From positions 611,431 to 675,430 of the forward strand of contig DAITBA010000001.1 of NCBI GenBank assembly GCA_036824005.1: 64,000 nucleotides of DNA, read 5' to 3'. The notes under the pieces are model-generated. The model saw only the letters and a list, made by a program, of their open reading frames with translations. It made no database searches and was not told the origin of the DNA. Position numbers and translations under genes: made by a program. Numbering within the stretch: position 1 is the first letter of the stretch; every line of letters starts with the position of its first letter. Positions 58,879 to 64,000 of this stretch are shown here, in pieces. The DNA is from Rhodocyclaceae bacterium. Its GTDB lineage: Bacteria; Pseudomonadota; Gammaproteobacteria; Burkholderiales; Rhodocyclaceae.

Positions 58879-59782
58879 GCTGAACCGCGACAGTCTCCGC
58901 CTGACCTGGGTCTGCGGTGGCGATGACAAAGCGATTTGCGCCGACGACGAGCACGTCTCACCTACCGACCTGGTCGGGCTGCTCAATCTCATTCATCCCG
59001 GCCGAATACAAGTCATGGGCGCTGCCGAGAACGCTTGGGCACGCCGCCAGCCAGGTGATCGGGTCGAACGCCACCTGAGTGAAATCGTCGTCGCTCGTCC
59101 GCCCGCCATCGTTGTGGCCGATGGCGCGGATATCCCGGTCGGACTGCGCCAGCTGTGCGAGGACGGCGATGTGCCGCTGCTTTCTTCCTCCCTGTCCGCC
59201 GCGCGGGTCATCGACCAGTTACGCAGCTACCTGGCTCGCGAGCTGGCCGAGCAGGTATCCCTGCATGGCGTGCTGATGGACGTGCTGGGCATGGGAGTGC
59301 TCATTACCGGCGAGTCCGGGGTCGGCAAGAGTGAGCTTGCCCTGGAACTGATCAGCCGAGGCCACGGGCTGGTGGCCGATGACATCGTCGAGGTATCACG
59401 TCTCGGTCCCAATACGCTCGAGGGGCGATGCCCGGAAATGCTAAAGGATTTCCTCGAAGTGCGCGGGTTGGGTGTGCTCAACATTCGCACCGTGTTTGGC
59501 GAAACGGCCTGTCGGCGCAAGATGAAGCTCAAGCTTATCGTGCATCTTCAGAAACCGGTGCGGGGGATACCGGAGGCCACGCGCCTGCCACTAGATGCGG
59601 AGATACAAAAGATCCTGGGCGTGAGTGTGCGCCGGGTCGTCATCCCCGTGGCGGCGGGCCGCAACCTGGCCGTACTTCTGGAAGCAGCCGTACGCTCGAC
59701 GGTGCTGCTCCTGCGCGGAATGGATACAACCCTGGAATTCATCGAGCGCCAGAAGCGTGCGTTCGATCAGGACGCCGGCTGA
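58847..59782 (+). CDS. hprK: HPr kinase/phosphorylase
   Basis: LHGVLMDVLGMGVLITGESGVGKSELALELISRGHGLVADD (Walker A), LEVRGLGVLNIR. Confidence 0.9.
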   Translation: MRQTSVARLFELNRDSLRLTWVCGGDDKAICADDEHVSPTDLVGLLNLIHPGRIQVMGAAENAWARRQPGDRVERHLSEIVVARPPAIVVADGADIPVGLRQLCEDGDVPLLSSSLSAARVIDQLRSYLARELAEQVSLHGVLMDVLGMGVLITGESGVGKSELALELISRGHGLVADDIVEVSRLGPNTLEGRCPEMLKDFLEVRGLGVLNIRTVFGETACRRKMKLKLIVHLQKPVRGIPEATRLPLDAEIQKILGVSVRRVVIPVAAGRNLAVLLEAAVRSTVLLLRGMDTTLEFIERQKRAFDQDAG

Positions 59783-59824
59783 CACCATGTCAACGAGCGC
59801 CCGGCGAGAGCGTTGAGTTTTTCT

Positions 59825-59846
59825 GCGGCGTGCCGCCGCTTTTGTT
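59825..59846 (+). terminator. Rho-independent terminator candidate after hprK
   Basis: GCGGCG-tgc-CGCCGC stem-loop followed by TTTTGTT. Confidence 0.55.
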
Positions 59847-59861
59847 CAGAGGAGGTGTGTA

Positions 59862-60146
59862 ATGAAGAAGCTGGTTCTGGCCACGGCGGTCGCGCTGTTT
59901 TCGGCAAGTGTGCTGGTTGCCCAGGCGGCGACCCCGCAGCAGGAGAAAATGAAAGCTTGCAATGAGCAGGCTGGCGACAAGAAGGGCGACGAGCGCAAGG
60001 CATTCATGAAGAGCTGCCTGTCGGCCAAGCCTGCCGAAGACAAGAAAACGAGTCAGCAGGAAAAGATGAAGGCTTGCAACAAGCAGGCCGGGGACAAGAA
60101 AGGCGACGAGCGCAAGAAGTTCATGAGCGAATGCCTCAAAGGCTGA
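59862..60146 (+). CDS. psiF: PsiF-repeat secreted protein (phosphate-starvation-inducible PsiF family)
   Basis: Signal peptide MKKLVLATAVALFSASVLVAQA, then two copies of QQEKMKACNxQAGDKKGDERKxFMxxCL. Confidence 0.8.
   Translation: MKKLVLATAVALFSASVLVAQAATPQQEKMKACNEQAGDKKGDERKAFMKSCLSAKPAEDKKTSQQEKMKACNKQAGDKKGDERKKFMSECLKG
59937..60137 (+). repeat. Intragenic tandem duplication (2 x 84 nt) encoding the two PsiF repeats
   Basis: Units 59937-60020 and 60054-60137 are about 80% identical at the DNA level by eye. Confidence 0.7.
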
Positions 60147-60341
60147 CCTAACTCGTATTTTGGGCAGCGGCAGTCGTCGCTGTCGGTCGTGCCGCCGCCA
60201 GATGCCGCGGGCATGGGCGGCGCGCGAGTTCTCAGGCCCCTGAAGTGACGAGCAAATCTCGTGCTCGTTGCGTCCGGGGCTTGTTTTTCGCGGCAGGCAA
60301 AGTGGATAATGCTTGCGGCGTGCAGCACGGGGGGTGGCGCG

Positions 60342-61010
60342 GTGAGTAAGGGGTCGTTGTCGGCTGTGATGGCAGTGCTGCTGCTTGGCGCGGCCGACTC
60401 CGCATTGGCCTTCAAGTTCTCCGAGGAGGAGGCGAAACAGAAGGCGGAGGCCGACGAAAAAGTGCAGCGCATTGCCGATCTGGTGTCAGTGCCTTGCCAA
60501 GCCAGTCTGAAGGGCAAGAAGATCATGACGATCATCGGTGAGCGCACGAGCAACGGCTACCTCACCACCCAGAGTCGCTACGGCCCGCATTTCCAAGCCA
60601 TCAACAAGCGCCTGCGCGCCCTCGGACTGCAGACCTATACGCAGGAGGAGATCCGGCGCCAGATTGCGCAGGCCGAGATCGACGCCTATTTCCGGAATGA
60701 TCCTGATGCTGCGCTGGCGGCATCCAAGAAGCTAGGTGCCAACTTCATCCTGCGCGGGCTGATCCGAACGCAGACCGGCACCAATCCGGTACTGCGTATA
60801 AAGGAGGTCGCCGTCAATATGGGATTCACTCTCGTGGCAGCCAATGGCAGGGCGATTTCCGACGTCGACGCCCGCGCCGAATCCTATTCGGGCACCGATA
60901 CCCTCGGCATGGCACTCACGCTCGTCAACGAACAGGCCGACGAGGTGGTCGCCCAACTGTACAACGACTATTGCCGCAACGCAGGCATCCCCGCCAAGGC
61001 GCGCAACTAG
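60342..61010 (+). CDS. Hypothetical secreted protein (first gene of the CsgG-like/kinase operon)
   Basis: ORF 60261..61010. GTG 60342 gives a good Sec signal, (M)SKGSLSAVMAVLLLGAADSALA|FKF; alternative ATGs at 60261 and 60309. No family recognised. Confidence 0.55.
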   Translation: MSKGSLSAVMAVLLLGAADSALAFKFSEEEAKQKAEADEKVQRIADLVSVPCQASLKGKKIMTIIGERTSNGYLTTQSRYGPHFQAINKRLRALGLQTYTQEEIRRQIAQAEIDAYFRNDPDAALAASKKLGANFILRGLIRTQTGTNPVLRIKEVAVNMGFTLVAANGRAISDVDARAESYSGTDTLGMALTLVNEQADEVVAQLYNDYCRNAGIPAKARN

Positions 61011-61037
61011 TCCTGAATGTGACGCACGGAGGACATC

Positions 61038-61868
61038 ATGATTTCAATGCACTCAACCCGTCCGCTGGCAGCGGTGCTGCTTATTTCGGCGCTCGTTCTG
61101 CCGGTCGGCACGCGTGCCCAGCAACCGCCCAGTTGGGGTTCGGAGTCCAGCCCCTCTCCCACTGCTGGGGGCGACACGTCGAAGAAGGTCAACGAGGCGG
61201 CCGACAAGGCGATGTACAAACCGATTGATTACGTCAACGCCGGCAAGCCCGGCCCGGCGCTGATCGTCATACCCGGCGAGGTGAAGAGCAACAACGCCAC
61301 CTTCACGCAGAAGTTCGGCCCGAACAATATCGCCGACTGGGCCGAGCTCGAACTGGGCAAAGCCAATTTCAAGGTGCTGGAGCGCACCGACCTCGGCCCG
61401 CTGCTTCAGGAGTTCCAACTTGCCTATACCATGGGCGATCCGCAGCAGGCGCGCAAGCATTTGCAGAAGGGCAAACTCAAGACGACCAAGTGGGTGGTGA
61501 AATTCGACATTCTAAAGGCCGAGCCGGTCGCGAAGGCGCGCGAGGGATTCGATGGCGGCGCAGTGGGTAGCCTGATCGGCATCCTCGGCGGCGGACGTGG
61601 TGGGGCGGCCGCCGGAACTGCGGTGGGCTCGGTGAAAACCGGTGAAGCCAGTGGCGTATGGATCATCGGCATGCGCTATAAGCTTCTGGATGCCAACACC
61701 ACGGAACAGGTTGCGACGGGTTATACCGAGGAGAAGATGGAAATCGGAGCCAAGTCGTCGTCCGTGCTCGGCTTCTCCTCGGGCGCAGAGGGCGGTTTGA
61801 CCCTGGACACGATGGTCCAGCGGCTGGTGCAAAAGAATGTCTGGGAGATAGACAGCAAGTACAAGTAA
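61038..61868 (+). CDS. CsgG/HfaB-family-like periplasmic/outer-membrane protein (no lipobox Cys)
   Basis: ggagga SD. Signal peptide MISMHSTRPLAAVLLISALVLPVGTRAQ. Also ALIVIPGEV..IADWAELELGKANFKVLERTDLGPLLQEFQLAY and the Gly-rich GGAVGSLIGILGGGRGGAAAGTAVG. Assignment is by motif resemblance only. Confidence 0.65.
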   Translation: MISMHSTRPLAAVLLISALVLPVGTRAQQPPSWGSESSPSPTAGGDTSKKVNEAADKAMYKPIDYVNAGKPGPALIVIPGEVKSNNATFTQKFGPNNIADWAELELGKANFKVLERTDLGPLLQEFQLAYTMGDPQQARKHLQKGKLKTTKWVVKFDILKAEPVAKAREGFDGGAVGSLIGILGGGRGGAAAGTAVGSVKTGEASGVWIIGMRYKLLDANTTEQVATGYTEEKMEIGAKSSSVLGFSSGAEGGLTLDTMVQRLVQKNVWEIDSKYK

Positions 61869-61886
61869 GGCGATCTCTCAGACGTC

Positions 61887-64000
61887 ATGGCGGCGCTACC
61901 AAACAAACTCGGCAAATACGAAATCCGTCGCGTCCTGGGACAGGGCGCGATGGGCATTGTCTACGAAGGGTTCGACCCCCTCATCCGGCGCCGCGTCGCG
62001 CTGAAGACGATCCGGCGTGACCAGCTCGACCGTGCCGAAGCACAGGAACTGCTCGAGCGTTTCCGTCGCGAGGCGCAGGCGGCCGGCCGACTGAGCCATC
62101 CTAACATCGTTGCCATCTATGAATACGGCGAAGATGAGGACACGGCCTTCATTGCCATGGAGTTCGTCGAGGGACGGGAACTGAAAGACTACTTCGACTG
62201 CAATGAGCGCTTCCCGATGTCCGGCATCGCGCGCGTCATGACGCAGCTGCTCGATGCCCTCGACTATTCGCACAAGAACGGCATCGTTCACCGGGATATC
62301 AAGCCGGCAAACATCATCCTGCTCTCCGACGGCAGCGCCAAGGTCGCCGATTTCGGCATTGCCCGGATCGAATCATCCACGCTGACGCAGGCGGGGTCCG
62401 TGCTCGGCACACCGAGCTACATGTCGCCGGAGCAGTTCATGGGACAGTCCGTCGACGGGCGCTCCGACCTGTTCTCTGCGGGCGTGGTGCTGTACCAGTT
62501 CCTGACCGGGGAAAAGCCGTTTACCGGCGGCCTGACCACCATCATGCACAAAGTGCTCAAGGAGGACCCTCCGCCGCCCTCGGAGCTGAACGTGCAGGTG
62601 CCGCGTCAGTTCGACGATTTAATGCGCAAGGCGCTCGCCAAGCGCCCGGCGGACCGCTTCCAGACCGCCCACGAGTTCGTGGCTGCCATCACTGCTGCAG
62701 CAAGCGCGCAGCCGGCTGACGACGTGACTGTCGTTGATATCGATGCCACGACCAGGATCACCCCGCCGGCAGCGCGCGTGGTGGATGCCACGACAACTGC
62801 GGCGCGCCAGCCCGAAGCTGCGACAGCGCGGCGAGCGGAAGCGCAGCACACGCCAGCCAGCCCAAGCTGGGATCTGGAAGCGGCAGTTCCGAAGGCAAAA
62901 AAAACCTCCCAAGCGCCCGCCATTGCGATCGTGGCCGGCATCTTCGTCGTCGGATTGGGTGCTGCGGCATACCTCGCCTTGAACCGGCAGGCGCCGACGC
63001 CGGAGTCGACCGGGCCGGGAGCCGCTGTGGCTACACCGCCCGTCGCCGCGCAAGCGGCGCCTGCGGTGGCGCCCACAGCCGCTGTGGCACCGACGTTAGC
63101 CCCGAGTCCTGCGCCCGTCCTGTCTACAAGCGTGGCGGGCGAACCGGGCGTCCTCGCCATTAGCGCCTTGGGCTTGGCCGATCCCGGTGATCCGCGACTT
63201 GCCCAGGACAACGGGCTGCTCAATGCCGAACTGCGCGACGACGCCCGGCGCCAGTTGATCGAGAAGGCAGTGGCGCTATATGTGGATCCGGGCTCCTTGG
63301 CGAAGAACTATGGTGTGCTCAGGGAAAAGCTCCTGCCGCGCAGCGCCGACTTCATCCACAGCGTGATCGAGGAGCAGGCACCCCAATTGGGCAAGGATGG
63401 TCTGATGTCGATCACCACCCGTGCCGCCGTGCGGGTGCGCGAGGTGCAGAAATCGCTCAACCAGATGTCGCGCGAAGAACGCGTCGACTTCATCCGCAAC
63501 AACGGCGACCCGAAAATTTCCGTGGCGATCGCGGTGCGCAGTACCGAGGGCGAGGCCGCCGGTGCGCTGCAGCGTTCGCCCGTTGCTGAGAATCTTCTCA
63601 AGGAGCGCATTCAGTCCTTCGGTTTTCGGATCTGGAACGACGAGCACGCCGGTGCCGTACAAGGTGCCAATGGAGCGAAACCCATACCCGGCGCCGATTT
63701 CTCGGTCCAGGGAGAAGCGAAGTTCAGAAAGCTGTCGGCGAAGCTGGCCGCCTCCGGGCTGATCATCGAAAAATTCGTGTTGTCCTCCTGGACGGTCAAA
63801 TGCCTCGACAAGAGCACCGGCGAAGAGATCTACTACAACACGCGCATACCCGAGAAGACCACCTGGAATTCCGAAGATGAGGCGTTGCGGGATGTCGGGC
63901 GGTTAATTGGCGAGGAGTTCTCCAAGAGCTTCTTTCTCCAGCACTTCCATTACACCGGCAGGAACGTTCGGCTGAAATTCTCGCAGCTCCCCGGTGCGGA
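61887..64000 (+). CDS. Hanks-type Ser/Thr protein kinase with one TM segment and a large extracytoplasmic C-terminal region; 3' end beyond the window
   Basis: Missing from the ORF track because it is open at the window edge. My translation from ATG 61887 has no stop through 64000: MAALPNKLGKYEIRRVLGQGAMGIVYEG..RRVALKTI..HRDIKPANIIL..VADFGIAR..GTPSYMSPEQ. TM segment AIAIVAGIFVVGLGAAAYLAL (nt 62919-62981), Ala/Pro linker, then at least 330 aa outside. Minus-strand ORFs 61896..62291 and 62606..63223 are antisense shadows. Confidence 0.9.
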   Translation, partial: MAALPNKLGKYEIRRVLGQGAMGIVYEGFDPLIRRRVALKTIRRDQLDRAEAQELLERFRREAQAAGRLSHPNIVAIYEYGEDEDTAFIAMEFVEGRELKDYFDCNERFPMSGIARVMTQLLDALDYSHKNGIVHRDIKPANIILLSDGSAKVADFGIARIESSTLTQAGSVLGTPSYMSPEQFMGQSVDGRSDLFSAGVVLYQFLTGEKPFTGGLTTIMHKVLKEDPPPPSELNVQVPRQFDDLMRKALAKRPADRFQTAHEFVAAITAAASAQPADDVTVVDIDATTRITPPAARVVDATTTAARQPEAATARRAEAQHTPASPSWDLEAAVPKAKKTSQAPAIAIVAGIFVVGLGAAAYLALNRQAPTPESTGPGAAVATPPVAAQAAPAVAPTAAVAPTLAPSPAPVLSTSVAGEPGVLAISALGLADPGDPRLAQDNGLLNAELRDDARRQLIEKAVALYVDPGSLAKNYGVLREKLLPRSADFIHSVIEEQAPQLGKDGLMSITTRAAVRVREVQKSLNQMSREERVDFIRNNGDPKISVAIAVRSTEGEAAGALQRSPVAENLLKERIQSFGFRIWNDEHAGAVQGANGAKPIPGADFSVQGEAKFRKLSAKLAASGLIIEKFVLSSWTVKCLDKSTGEEIYYNTRIPEKTTWNSEDEALRDVGRLIGEEFSKSFFLQHFHYTGRNVRLKFSQLPGA

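Overview
GC-rich bacterial chromosomal segment (visually mid-60s % G+C, not computed). The protein set and gene order look betaproteobacterial, possibly Rhodocyclales-like; this is inference only. Supporting synteny: argS-SPOR-dsbA, cutA-dsbD, ribE-ribBX-ribH-nusB-thiL-pgpA-cinA-recA-recX, lptB-rpoN-hpf-ptsN-hprK, class I phaC, and a LiuR-controlled leucine-catabolism operon. I call about 70 protein-coding genes on both strands, packed tightly with many 4-8 nt start/stop overlaps. I found no rRNA, tRNA, CRISPR, transposase or integrase; the only mobile-type module is one vapBC pair. Two genes run off the window edges and are missing from the ORF track: mccB/liuB at the left edge (minus strand) and a Ser/Thr kinase at the right edge (plus strand). 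Many long ORFs in the track are antisense shadows of real genes, which is typical at high GC. Main items worth a second look: (1) a 3-gene operon at 60.3-64.0 kb: secreted protein, CsgG-like protein, and a Hanks-type Ser/Thr kinase with a large extracytoplasmic region that looks built from LPP20/CsgG-type modules; (2) a single 708-aa arginase::ornithine aminotransferase fusion inside a putA / ALDH7 / Na-solute symporter / potABCD catabolic cluster; (3) six intergenic palindromic elements built from (GAGGACACA)n-type short repeats, one of which appears to supply the start codon and signal peptide of the PotD-like binding protein; (4) a long liu operon with an embedded beta-carbonic anhydrase and three thioesterases, driven by a promoter whose spacer is a perfect LiuR-type palindrome; (5) a SET-domain methyltransferase apparently co-transcribed with a signal-less TroA/BtuF-fold protein. 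All family assignments come from reading the translated sequences and motifs; no database search was run.
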